Positions 33,201 to 44,267 are shown, counted from the stretch's first letter. The stretch is DNA of 64,000 bases from Carpediemonas membranifera BICM (GCA_019828565.1 JAHDYR010000038.1:975478-1039477); one strand, 5' to 3'. Made by a program: numbers and translations. Notes: a model not told the origin generated them from the sequence alone.

Positions 33201-33222
33201 TATATTTCTCGGAAAAGCATAA
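30208..33222 (+). CDS. pol: Pol (PR-RT-RH-IN-chromodomain), in frame after the gag UGA
   Basis: FDCGA, LDLSAGYHQ, YIDD, TDAS, TDH, SDGGRQF, NGIVER and WKGY...TWEP. Confidence 0.95.
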   Translation: MPVVSGAVDGCAWGRILFDCGADIPLVNPASAQEAGLNATKLASPIHIKTPGGRIQTDTTYEVPVTMDKSPMTPKGVEATVTAYAVEMEYDMLLNYAVMVDWGILPHVGARSSDSSIEEDAQLPSTLERLERRLYNLRADMNDKQSRILARYDHCFHDRQGFSNLEPYDLVLKSDRVIASRSNYVPYQREHLFDQHLAELIEKKYVEQSFSPYASPVLLVPKGPDKTRMVVDFRKINDETEPFEYPIPEIQTCLAKLGASKVFATLDLSAGYHQIQMSERSRQYTAFNTPRGKFQYTGMPFGLKNAGAHFQYSMERAFADLLGASCLIYIDDIVVFGRTEAEYIVNLTKVLKRADELNLRLNAEKSHFGQSTVEFLGWTVSGEGYGIAADRVHDIQELKLPKSRKAAQALMGFLNFVRDFVPHFSMVTRPLALAAAGKIGLGTPEQTKALALVKDLLCSAPILQHFDVTKRHVVMTDASDVGIGGVLLQDGKPVSYMSKAFTDVQTRWSTIEQEAYAIVSALQRWRRFLVWTPFTLLTDHRNLIYMARSSNAKVQRWYESIADLPFTIRHVPGVDNGAADGLSRVFAASKTPTATENEIHDAHLHGQAHLPLYTTVELLKAGGKRAPIDQVAEVINKCPVCQLTAKPEDAKRSYLHTASVTPFDKVAIDTIGPLPEVNGFSYILVMVDTASRWTELVPLRTTKALEAVRAFTNTWLLRYGAPRVLQSDGGRQFANRLFEDLAGRVGFSTHITTPYHPQSNGIVERANSRIERILRSRKYELQTEDWVDCLPVAQFIVNSTPRAAHHLTPAEIIFGSDMRVPSEIVFTSQDDSADYPADNGEAVKLARQMAAARIRAMQEDARNRVGSPPVIDSEWVLVKYPTKPPSKLAAGWRGPMQLVSPVIVDNLPVAYNVRDVNSGKEFRVASERVRSFEGDLSRDSAQALAATTDAEYVVECIYDSSNEKSIKNRKFHVHWKGYEPCEDTWEPYENVKDCEALDIFLGKA

Positions 33223-33274
33223 GCCTACCACTTATACGTACCTGTAAAAGGCAGGGTAAGGCAGCCAACAGAAT

Positions 33275-34609
33275 TTATTCTTCGTCGATCGCACCAGCAG
33301 ACTCGCGCAGCCGGGCCAGGAGCAGCTCAGGGTGCCACTCAGGGCGAACACGCGGCCAAAGACGGGCATTGGTGAGGTAGTTGGTGATCGGGAGGCAAGT
33401 GCACATGGATTGCGTGAGCTGAGTGAGTCCAGGCACGGCGTAATTCTGATACTTAACCACAAGGGTGAAGCTTTCGCGGAACTGTTCGTTGTACAGCTCA
33501 ATGTGCCTGAGGCACTCGACGATCACATAGTCGAGTGACGGGTCAGACACCTGCGGCACGAGCTCGGCAGCGCTGATCGTGGTCTCGATCCGTGCGATGC
33601 GATCGTTTGTGAGCAGGGCATAGTAGTCCGTCACAAACCGTGTCGCCTCGTGAGCAGACAGACGGTCGACGCGACGGGCCTGGGCCACCATCCAACAGCA
33701 GTACAAGGAAGGGTGCGAAGAGATCATGATGATCCGCATCAGGGACTGGTTCGCCAGGGTTCGGAGATAGGATGGCTGGCGATCAGCGAGATCGGGAGTG
33801 ATGCGGGTCAGGGTCGCTACCACGACGTCGACCGTAGATCGGGAGAAACAGCCGGACGTGACACCGTCAGAGGCGAGCAGAGCCTCGGCGAGGGCAACAT
33901 CGGCAGGTGAGTCGATCTCAAAGTGGGACCGCAGTGCACGGCCCACGACGGCGTCGGTGACGAAGTCCGTCAGGAGCAAGAGGGACTGACGCGTCATGAG
34001 GTCCCCAGCCTCATCGCCAGCGCTGAAGACCTGTCCGGTCCTCAGACGGGACAGCATGCCCTGGAGGGGCAGCTCGAAGCAGTTCGAGACGCGACCAGAG
34101 ACCGAAGCGATTACGGTCTGGAAACGGGCTTCCCGCTCCGCCAGGTCCGCCCGATGAGATCCTTGGAGGTGCCCGCGGAGCACCTGGCGGGTGACGGGGC
34201 GGTTGGAGGTCCGGCGCTGGGCGGCCTCAACCGTGCTGACAGCATGACCAGCTTGGGCAGAACAAGTGGCGACAGCCACGACGCGTCCGGTCAAGGTGCG
34301 ACGCGTACCTTCATCGTCGACGACAACACCCGTTACGCGGCGGATATCCTCAGGTGGGTGCCGGCGGGTGATCGCGCGAGCCGCAGGAACCTCGATGACG
34401 ACGTCCTGTGGCGATGACGGCTCAACAATGGGTGCTGAGGAAGATTCCTCGGGACGAGCACGTCTCTGGGGCATATCGGTGCTGTCCGGCACGAGCACGG
34501 ACTGGTGTTTGCGCTTCAGAGCGCGGAGACGTTCAGCAACGGGCAGATTGCCGTCATTGCCAGCAAGATCAGCGATCAGTGCGTCCAAATCATGCACAAG
34601 GTTCTCCAT
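33275..34609 (-). CDS. Antisense accessory ORF of Gypsy E, unknown function (444 aa)
   Basis: ATG-initiated 1335-bp ORF lying inside the LTRs and convergent with pol. Confidence 0.75.
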   Translation of the reverse strand: MENLVHDLDALIADLAGNDGNLPVAERLRALKRKHQSVLVPDSTDMPQRRARPEESSSAPIVEPSSPQDVVIEVPAARAITRRHPPEDIRRVTGVVVDDEGTRRTLTGRVVAVATCSAQAGHAVSTVEAAQRRTSNRPVTRQVLRGHLQGSHRADLAEREARFQTVIASVSGRVSNCFELPLQGMLSRLRTGQVFSAGDEAGDLMTRQSLLLLTDFVTDAVVGRALRSHFEIDSPADVALAEALLASDGVTSGCFSRSTVDVVVATLTRITPDLADRQPSYLRTLANQSLMRIIMISSHPSLYCCWMVAQARRVDRLSAHEATRFVTDYYALLTNDRIARIETTISAAELVPQVSDPSLDYVIVECLRHIELYNEQFRESFTLVVKYQNYAVPGLTQLTQSMCTCLPITNYLTNARLWPRVRPEWHPELLLARLRESAGAIDEE

Positions 34610-35019
34610 TAGGCCGTATGGAAGTATTAACCGCGGTCAAAACTTCATTTACGTGTTACATGATACAAAAACGTAGGACCTGGGTCATGACCAGGACTCC
34701 ACACAGCTAAGTCAGGACGCTGAATAGCATGGTGCAACGCGTAATTTACGAAAGCAGACGGGTTAGGCAGAATTCGCCGACCGAGAAAGGGTCCGTTTGG
34801 TGAACCCCGATGAACGCTTGTTGAGGACGATAAGTCCGCAAAATCACGATATTTATACGTCTATGAGACGAATACTGATGTTGTTAGTGTTATAGAGCAA
34901 TATTCGCGGCGTCCCAACTGTCGACGAACGAGAAAAGCAAAAAAAAGGCCATATCTCGGCAACGAAGAGGCTTTGAGGCCTCTAGAGGCGTTATTCGAAC
35001 GCTATGTAAGAATGAGGGC

Positions 35020-35553
35020 TTTCAAGGCCGCATACCATGGTGGTTTCGAACTGAAGCCATTTGTGCATTTTAAGGATCCGAATGAACTAATCGACGACCA
35101 TACGGCCCAGTAATGGCCCGTGGGAGGGCGGTAAGCCCGGGTAAGACTAACCCTTGAGCGTATGACGCAATACTTACACAGTGGACACTTGCGAGTCGAA
35201 GGGTGTAAAACCCATGGGCGTAATGAAAGTAAGTGGTGCCAAGCCGCAAGGCCGCAGCACCGGCCGCTAGATGACACGAAATTCTGAGTCAATCAATTTG
35301 GAGATACGTCACCACAGAACAACTACGGTTGTACCGGACACCCTTACGTGGCAGTAAGAGTGTGTCAACGGTGTTCCGGCTGCTGTGCTACCCACAGTTA
35401 GCGACGGTGAAGCAAGGGTTACCGAGCTAAGGCAGAGTACCCTTCCCGGGCACTGGGCTATTCCCCAGCCGCCAACGGTGAAGTAGGTTAGCACAGGCTT
35501 TCCCCTGTGAGGCCTACCGGCACAAGTTATTCATACTCAAGTCAGTTGAGCAT
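35020..35553 (+). ncRNA. Putative structured RNA in the Gypsy E 3' region with an LSU-rRNA-like module at 35190-35272
   Basis: Dense hairpins (GCC-GCAA-GGC, CAAC-TACG-GTTG, GGGC-GGTAA-GCCC, CACAGG-CTTTCC-CCTGTG, CTCAA-GTCAG-TTGAG) and the segment TGCGAGTCGAAGGGTGTAAAACCCATGGGCGTAATGAAAGT. Confidence 0.55.
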
Positions 35554-35826
35554 GGAGGGGCAGTGTCAGTCAGTACAATTTAAGAACATTTATGGATTGA
35601 CTTCGACACCCCTGTGTCGAAGTCTATTCTCCCAGTAAAACAGGTATAGTCAAACCACAACAGCAGGAATCAGGGGAGCAAGGATAGAAGTCCTAGAGTC
35701 TACCGAGCTTGGCGTATGGGGGTCGGCCCATAACGGTATCAGACTAGAATGGGAAGAAGCAGGGACCGATGGGAACACAACCTACGAGGAAGACCTAACA
35801 ATGCCGGGCACTCACACATGGAGAAT

Positions 35827-35963
35827 TGTCATGACGAACTCATTTAATGATCAGTCTTATTGGGTCAGTTTATGTAAAAAGACCACAACAACATGGCACA
35901 CCAAGCCTACACCGACGAGCAAGATGATGACGAGATCGAGATTCCGGACGTGTACAATGACGT
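35827..35963 (+). mobile_element. Gypsy G stub: probable 5' LTR (35827 to about 35887) and gag start, interrupted by F
   Basis: The LINE ORF breaks at TGTCATG; ...GACCACA end; CAGTTTATGTAAA shared with the B LTR; then MAHQAYTDEQDDD. Confidence 0.5.
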
Positions 35964-38900
35964 TGTCGGTGGGAAACATTTTAATTACGACACAATGGTG
36001 TCGTAATCATCAACTGATTAAATGATAAGGAGTCTACGACATCCTGCTCCTCCCCCGCTCCGAGGTGTTCAACGGCTTCCATCGAATCCTATGTTGCCGG
36101 AGGTAGTCGGAAATTGGGCCGACCTTGGCATTGTCGCGTGTCAGTGGTTCCCATGTCGTCTGGGTGTAGCCCTCCCACTTAATGAGTAGGGTGTGGTCTC
36201 GAGTGTTGTGCTCAAGTACTTGTTCTACAATGTATCTCTCGTCGTCGGAGGCGGCATACTGTCTCGCCAACTCCAGGGAGATGTCAGGGCAGAGGGCAAT
36301 CTTGTCCAGATGCGTGAATTGCCTCTCGTCATTGAGTAGGGACGCTACTTCAACAGCGTTGTTGCTGTGGATTGCGTGAACCTTGAATGGGCCGAGTAGG
36401 CCGTGCAGCTTGTGCTTGACAGCTGGTTTGATGAACACTAGGTCACCTGACCTAATAGCTGGGCGTGTTGGGGCAGGGCCCAGCCTCTCCTCCCTCTTGT
36501 TGCACTGAGTTATAACCTTGTCCAGATTGTCCTGGACGTGAGCTAGTCGATCGAGATATTGCGCGATATCGGGTCTCTCTAGCGCCGCTTGTTGATTTCT
36601 GACCAGACCGATCTCTGCTCGGCGGCCGTAGACGACCTCGTGCGGCGATACGCCGAGCTTCGTGTGTGTTGATGTGTTCAAGATGTGTTGGACGAAGGGG
36701 AGGAGTTGGCTCCACTCTCCATAGCCGTCCATAGCCAGCGCCAGCCATCTGAGGTGACGTCCGACTTCCGCGTTCCGGCGCTCGACCACCCCGTTACTTT
36801 GAGGATGGTATGGCAACGTCCGCTGGTGGTGCGCTCCGAGCTGTTCAATCAGGAGGCTCACGACCTGATTAACATACTCTGTTCCGTTGTCACTCTTGAT
36901 GTAGCTTGGGATGCCGTGGCGGGTGACGGCCAGCCATAGGGCGTCGACCGCGCTCTGGGCATTGTTTGCGGTTGCCGCATGCAGCTCTGTGTAGCGTGTG
37001 TAGAGGTCCGTGATGACGTAGATGTACTTGGCCCCATACGCGTCCTCCGACAGCGGTCCCACCGTGTCGATGGCTATGGTGTTCCAGAACGAGTCTTGAA
37101 TGGTGCGCCCCTCTGGGGCTGACAAGAACTGCTTGAGCCTTGTCTTGGCACAGGTGGGGCACTGCTGGACGAAGTTGCTCACGTCTCTAGCGCGGCCGGG
37201 CCACCAGGCGACCTCGGCTACCCGTTGAAGCGTATCAGCTCTGCCGCCATGTCTGCTGTGGGCGGCTTTGATCAGCTTGTGTCGTAGCGCTCTGGCGTCT
37301 TTGGGGAGGACGGGGACGGCATCCTTCACCCAGGTGTTGTTGTTGATGGTGGCACCAGCGCGTCGCCAAGAATCCTTCTCCTCTTGGGAGGTGTTCTTTT
37401 GAGCAGAACTAATCTCATCGTTCCAATCTGTAAGCTCCACGGCTAGTGCGTCGATGCGGGACATCAAGTCCGCGGTCTCGTTATCAAGACCGGTGATATG
37501 TTCGATTGTATACTGATAATCCGATAGTAACAGCGACCAACGGAGGATCTTATCGTTCTTAAGCTTCTTCTGATCAAGATACACAAGGTTCTTGTGATCA
37601 GTCTGAATTGTCAGATTTGGGTGAATCCTGAAGAGCTGGCCAAGATCTGGTCTGGTCAGGCAGTGTATGATTGCGAACAGCTCCTGTTCGTAGGTACTCC
37701 ACCTTGTCTGAGTCTTGTTGAAGGATCCCGAGAAGAACGAGACTATCTCTTGGCGTCCGTCGTCCCCCTCCTGAGTGAGGATGCCACCGAATCCTATATC
37801 TGAGGCGTCCGTCTGGAGCACCCACTTCTTGTTGAGGTCCGGATGGACCAGTACTAGGTACTTCTCGAGGCGTCTCTTGAACTCGTCAAGTGCCTCATCA
37901 TGAATCGATGACCAAATGAAATCGGCGCCATCGGTGGCCGACCGCAAGTCATTGATGGGAGATAGTACTCTACTAGCGTCAGGAACAAATTTCGCTACGT
38001 AGTTCAGCGAACCACACATTGAAAGAAGTCCTTTCTTCGTCGTTGGCGTTTTCAGGGCATGGATTCCCTCCACGCGTTCCTTGCTTAGCTTTAGGCCCTC
38101 TGCATTACAGATGAAGCCTAGCATCTCCACCTCCTCCACGCCAATCTTGCATTTCGGCGCTTTGAGCCGGAGGCGTTGTTCCTTGCAGATATCAAGGACG
38201 TTGTGCAGCCGTTCTAGGAACTCCTCCTTCGTGCGGCCATATATCATGACATCGTCGATGTAGATAGCCACGCCGTGGTGTAGCTCCTTCGCGAAGGCCT
38301 TCTCCATACATCTCTGAAAGTGTGATGGGGCGTTGCAGAGGCCAAACGGGAGTCTCTCGAACTCCTCGTACGCATCCGGGGTGATAAAGGCGGTCTTGGG
38401 GATGTCCTCCTCCTTAACTTTGACTTGATAGTAACCTTGTCTCAGGTCGAGACTGGCGTAGTACTCTGCGCCTGCGGCTTCCCGCAGGTACGCCCTGATG
38501 TCAGGTAGCGGGTACCTATCCCGCTTCGTGTGACGGTTGATGACGGTGTAGTCTACACATAGGCGAATCTTGGTCGACCCCTTGTGCCCGTTCGAAACCA
38601 CCACTACGGGCGAGGCATATGGCCCGTGACTGTGGCGGATAATGTGCTGGAGGTGCATCTGCGTGACCTCCTGGCGCACCTTCTCTCGCTTTTCCTCCGA
38701 GAGGTGTCTCGGTTTTTGGTTGAACTCATTCACCCAGTCGTCGGAAATGAAATCAATAGACATCGGTTCAAGCTTGCTGCCTTCTGTAGGGAGCTCTTCC
38801 TCGAACACTTCTTCGTATGCAGCGCAGATCTCTCGTGCTGCTGCGCCGGTTTCGTTCTCGCCGAACTCGATCTTATCGATTTCGGTCTTGATGCTCCTAT

Positions 38901-39663
38901 TATCAGCGTGTTCCGCCGATAAGTAGCTGTGGTTGTAAGGGATGATGTCATCTTCCTTCTCCGGGCCTTCTGGCGACGGGAAAGGGAGGAAGATTCCTCT
39001 GTCGCTGATGAACCCGAGGGCTCTCAGCTGATCTACGCCCAATAGGAGCTTCTCCACAGGACCAGGGAGTACTCTGAAGCTGATGTTCTTGACTATGGGT
39101 CTCGTGGTCAGGTGTGGGAGCTCGACGCGGAGCTCAACCATCTCATTACCCTTGACGGTGCTACCTCCCGCCAGCGAGACGATAAACGGTTGGCACTTCT
39201 TCGGCTTGATGGAGTTGTCACGCTCTCTCAGAGTGTGAAGCAGTCGGCTGCTAATGAATGAGACCCCGGCTCCCGTGTCAACCGTAGCAGAATAGGAGGA
39301 GTGATTTATGACAGCCTCCGTGTGGAGAGCTTCAGCATCACCCTCCTCTGCCGCGTGCGCCTCGAAGGGCGTCTTCTTCGGGGGGTTAGGGCGGAGCTGG
39401 CCGCTCTCGCGGGTCCGGCCCCCGAGCTTAGGGCAATCCGAGTCCCAGTGCTCGCCTCCGCAAAGGCGGCACGGTCTTGTACGCTGCTTACGCGAGGACT
39501 GGGCGGCATTGGTGGTCTTAGCAGCCTGGGGAGGCGCCTGACGGTGCTCCCGGTGGTCGTTGGCCTGCGAGGCGCCTGCAGAGGTGCTGGAGGCGGTCGT
39601 GGTCGTGGAGTTAGACGCATCCTCGAGCTTGGCGACGGTGCGTGCGATGTTGATGAGGTCCTT
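35964..39663 (-). mobile_element. Gypsy F chromovirus: gag end-PR-RT-RH-IN-chromodomain in one ORF, PPT, 3' LTR 35964-36041; 5' part cut by D
   Basis: ORF 36034-39774 with CRLCGGEHWDSDC, VDTGA, YIDD, TDAS, SDNGTEY and KWEGY...WEP; PPT GGGGGAGGAGCAGGA. Confidence 0.92.
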
Positions 39664-41956
39664 TGTCACAGCATCTCCCTCACTCCCAGTGCACTTTAAG
39701 GTAAATGGATTTCCCCGTTTTCTGCTGCCATCCGGCACAGTGATCACTCCTGGAAAATGGTAACGCAGAATCATCTGTTCCTATCTGATCTAGAATCTGT
39801 TACGATCAGAACCTTCACTCGGCACTTCCGAGTCCTCAAAGCCCAATTTCCAACTCTTTCGCCATCCGACTGTATTTCAGAAGAGATTCTTGATGTCCTT
39901 GAGCTTCGATATGAAGTTGATCTCTCTTCCGCAACCATTGAAGATATCGAGGCTTCTCTCCTCACGCACCTCCTACCTCCAACACTCAATGGATGCCTCC
40001 GAGCAATGCGTGCCCTCCAGATGCCTAATCACGACAACAAGCTTCACTCGATCCTCTTGTACGTCCGAGAGCTCCGTGCGCTCTACAAGCACGCTCTAAC
40101 GTTCATCCCCGACCACGACCCGCCCAAGCCTGAAGCTGATGATGACGACCCCGACGTAGACGCTCTCGCTGAGCTACTGGGCTCCTCGCCATCCGGGCCT
40201 AGCCCCGCTCATCGGGGGCCTGAGCAAGGTCGCCGCCCGTGTACTCCTCGCCGCCATCAGGCCAAGTGAGCTTCAAGCTCGCCTCAAGACCGAGGTTGAG
40301 CTACAAGGCGCTCGCCTGTTCGAGGATACCGTTCAGATCGTGAAGACCGAGGTCGAGCGCCTCCAGGCGCTGGCAAGCGATCTGGCAGGCCTCGACATCT
40401 CGTCTTTGACACCGTCCACCACGTCAGCTGCCGTGTTGACCTCCGTTGACCGCCCTCGCCAAGGTGGCGGGCAGAGCCGCCAAGGCCGCCCCGCCATAGG
40501 CCGAACACATGGGCTCCCGGCCACACCCTCCAAGACCCCCTGCCCATTCTGTGGTGGTTGGCATTGGAGGTGGCAGTGCCCTAAGGCCGACGCCGCCCAG
40601 CGAGGCTCCACCCAGCAGTCCAACCAGTCGCCGCACCCGGCACAACCGACCGGCCAGCATGACAAGCAACAGCCACATACCCAAGCCCGACATACTTCGG
40701 GCAACGCCAACCGCCAGCTGCCAGTGCCTCAACCAAATGCGGATCCCACTCAGCAGTCCGACCGCCGCGCTGGTAGGATGAACCTCCGCCCCAGCAGCAC
40801 CCTCAAGAAGGGAAGACCAGTGCATGAGACCGCCCATGCCCAGCCGGTGCAGTCTGTCGACGAACCACAGCCCGACTCATCCTACTTCACCGTCCAAGGG
40901 AAAGTCAACGGCGAGACGCAGACAATCCTGATTGATTCCGGTTCCGCCCCAAGCTGTATTTCGCAGTTGTTGGCCGAGCGCCTCAAGGCCACGATCGACA
41001 CATCCGTCTCAATTGCTCTGTTGGACGTCAATAAGCAGCTTTTTTATGACGAAGGGCGTAGCAAAGGTGAGTCTGAGCCTTCCATCTGCGGGCAACGCCA
41101 TGGTCACTACCGAGGCCACCTTCCACGTAATCGAACGCGACGATGATCACATACTCGTTGGTTGTGATATCCTCAGAGCTCTTGGCTTCCTCAGCGCCAA
41201 GGGCCTCTTCGTCCCTACAGGCGTCGACTGCAACGAAGACCCCCAGACCACCGAAGGGCTCCCTCCCCACAAGTACCTAGACCCAGTCCCTGTCGCTGAA
41301 GCCTCAGCTGCTCCACAGTTCTTCAGCGATGAAGTGGACGTATGTCCTGATCAACTACACGACCCTATCCGTGAGATCCTCCGCAAGCATGACGCCGTGT
41401 TCGATCCAAACCTCCCCGAAGAGCCGGCAGCCTTCCCCCCCATGACCATCCCGACCGACGGCTACATTGTCAACATGAAGCCACGCCCTCTGGCATACTG
41501 TAAGAATGGCTAGAGTCTCCCGGGAGATACCCTGGAGATACTCCAAAAAGTGCAAGAAAAAATGAGATTCACTAGAATCTGTTTCACATTTCACATATTT
41601 CACAAGAATATGTGAAATGAGAAGCAAAGCTAGTGAATGTCATTTTTACTTGTCCCTCATCGTCTGTATGGCATCTATAAACAAATCGCGTATCTCTTGC
41701 AGCAGAAACTCTGTGTCATTCACCTTTTTGTTGATTTCTTCTTCCTTTCGCAAGCCCTGAGCAGTTTTTCGGATTATTTGGTAAGAATCTTGTACTTTGG
41801 CAACTTCCACGAGCCCTGAAGTTACCGTTTCTACCTTTTGGTGGCTAGTTGCTCGAATCATGATCGACAAATGTCGCAGTTTTAGGTATTGTCAATGCCA
41901 GGAGTCTACGTAAATAGACAAATGTAACAACGTAAACAGCTTGGATAGAAATTCTC

Positions 41957-43180
41957 ATGAATTCAGAAGTGTCTGTACCAGAACCTATTGCTGCTACGCC
42001 CCCCATCAGACAGTATGGCAACAGTAAGCTCGCAAATCTCCGTCGTTCATTTGTTACAGCCGTTGTTTCTTCAGTATTTGAGGACGACGAGGCAACTGAC
42101 CTCGGCTTGAGTGCACGCGACATCCATAAGGTACTTCTGGAGGTCCAGCGCAGGGTCGCCGCCGAATGCCCTGGGTTCAAGTCAATTGAACTCCGGGAAC
42201 AGGTCAGGCGGACGACTGTTGTCGGCGTTACTACGTTTATAACAGCAGTTAGACCCTCTGCGGAGTACAATGGCTCTGTCATGCAGCACATTGCTGTCCG
42301 TAGTCAGCCCTGCCATGCCGAGTTCCGCCAGATGCTCTCAGAAGTTCTCTCAGATGCTGGACTGAACGATGTTTCCGACTCAATCAGCCTTGAGAACTTG
42401 CCTGTGATCAACCGGGTGAGATATAAGCCTGTCAAGCAAAAGGCAACGGTCAAATCGACCCCCGACTACGATGATCAAGGCAGAGATCCCACCGATACGG
42501 TCGACTACGCAACTGTCTTCACTTGGTGTTGGTGATGAAGCAGACACACCTCAGTCAACGACAGATCGATCGGTGCCGGTTCGGAAGAAGATCGTCTTTG
42601 ACGACGAGGAAGCCAAGCGACCCAGGCTTGGTGACGACGATCTGCAGCAGGTGTCTAACAACGTGTCCGATGCTGTTGTTGACCGTATTAAGGTCCTGAT
42701 CAACGACGTTGTCTCAGAGACCCGTGTGAGAGACCCGCCTACCGAACCCGAGACATGTAAGACGACTTTCCTTAGCCTTCATCAGCGCAAAATGCTATTT
42801 GGATGTCTTGTGTGTGGTACCCCCGAGTGGTTCTTCAATCCAGACGGCACTACGTTCAGGAGATGCTGTGCTTGCAAAGGTTTCCTGCACGAGCAATGTG
42901 TCAGGACGAAGGGCAAGAAGGACTACTGTCCCGCGTGCTATATTACCGGCTCTAGCAACAAGTGCCAGGCGTGCAAAAAGGGCCTAAGATCAAGAACACG
43001 AAGAAAGCAGAAGAACAGGCTTCTACTCTTCTTTGCTGCCGAGGCTGTCACTGGTGGTACTGTGAGCATTGCTCTGAGGAAGTGCAGTACACCATTGATG
43101 GCAAGTTGTACATCGTTCCCCTCTGCAGCAAATGTAAGGTTGTCTATAAGCGAGTAGAGGGCATGAGACCGATTGTTTAG
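41957..43180 (+). CDS. T1 cargo: PHD finger + FYVE/ADD-like C4C4 finger protein (spread over three frames)
   Basis: C4HC3 finger CLVC...CCAC....HEQC...CPAC, then CQAC...LLCCRGC...YCEHC...LCSKC. Confidence 0.75.
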
Positions 43181-43223
43181 TGTTTTGTGAGAGATGATCA
43201 TAAATTGTATATATATCTGTTTA

Positions 43224-44230
43224 CTACACGTCTCTCTCAAGCGCACGGGTCATCATGCTTATGTATCGATCATTCATAAGTCTTCTCTGGTCGGTTCTTA
43301 ACGGGTCATACTCGTTGACATCAGAAACGATGTCTTGCATTTCAGGAAGAGGAATGGGCCGGGCATAGCTAGTCTCAGACATGATGACCCTGGCCTCGTT
43401 GGGAAATGACAAGGAACCATTGGCTATAATCCGTCTTCCTGCTGAGCCAGGCGCGAAACGATAGCCAGAGAAGTACTTCGTCAGAAAGAAAAGAGGATTG
43501 TCGAGGCATGTCACGCGGTAGAGCCAATAGGCGTCCTGGAGAACAAGCTCATGCGCCAGAACCTTCTCAGGAGTGAGGATAATGCATGTGTTCTTGTACT
43601 TGGCTGTCGAAATAGCACTGCACAGCTGAGACTCCTCAGATCTGTCGAGTCCGGAGCAGGTGGCAAAGTAAATCAGACGCACACGCGTCGATCTCACCAA
43701 GGAAGGGCTCTCGAATGACCTGAGGATGAGCTGGACCAGATCATGGTGATACAGAAACTCGTTCGTAGACGTATCAATGATCATACGCGACGTTTCTGTA
43801 TCAGAATGACCCGATATCACCCAGTAAGTGTCGAAGTTAGAGTACTGCGACGCCAACTCCTCAAGTACCTCGGCCAGATGGGACGTAGACTTAAAAGGTG
43901 CGGGCAACGGCAGTCAGCCACTCATCATCAACGAGCTCTAGAGCCGTCTTGAGCTTGAAATGATAGCCAGATGAGTTGGCAAGACTTTCCACGCGGAAGA
44001 CGGGGTAGGGCTGAGTCGGGGTCTCGAAACCATGCAGCGGCTCGATGGTGATTAGCACCCGTCGGTTAATCAACTTCTCTGTTGTAAAAAGGACACTCGT
44101 GAGAGGAAGAAGACTTGAAACCGATCCCGCGATGTCCACGCCTGAGCTGAACCTTACCACAGACACATTCAAAGACTTCTTGGTCCTTACTGATGCGTCG
44201 CGTGCCGAATTCTCCGTATTTCTCGTCCAT
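43224..44230 (-). CDS. T1 cargo: CHAT/caspase-fold-like protease (two apparent +1 homopolymer shifts near 44085 and 43895)
   Basis: YWVISGHSD and VRLIYFATCSG match the clan CD His-Cys strand motifs (hhhxGHG / hhhhxAC). Confidence 0.6.
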
Positions 44231-44234
44231 TTGC

Positions 44235-44267
44235 AATGTGCCATTTTTTTTTCATGAATGGCACATT
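44235..44267. promoter_or_regulatory. Inverted repeat AATGTGCCATT-N11-AATGGCACATT; near-identical reverse-complement copy at 49237-49268
   Basis: Seen directly; both copies lie just upstream of cargo start codons. Confidence 0.6.

Larger units (their letters stand above)
29129..35659 (+). mobile_element. Gypsy E: complete chromovirus with LTRs 29129-29223 and 35564-35659, 4-bp TSD ACAG
   Basis: LTRs identical over 95 bp; PPT GGAGGGGCAG; TSD 29125-29128 / 35660-35663; uninterrupted gag and pol ORFs. Confidence 0.95.

Noticed and set aside
33275-34609. env gene
   Set aside because: Antisense orientation, with no signal peptide or TM anchor.
35190-35272. A genuine rRNA gene
   Set aside because: Only about 80 nt resemble LSU, the conserved flanks are missing, and it lies between two LTRs.
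35130-35660. Group I intron or RNase P RNA (AGACTA/TAGTC; GAAATTCTGAG/ACAGAA)
   Set aside because: The putative P7 partner lies within the LTR and the P4-like strands are too close together; the other core elements were not found.
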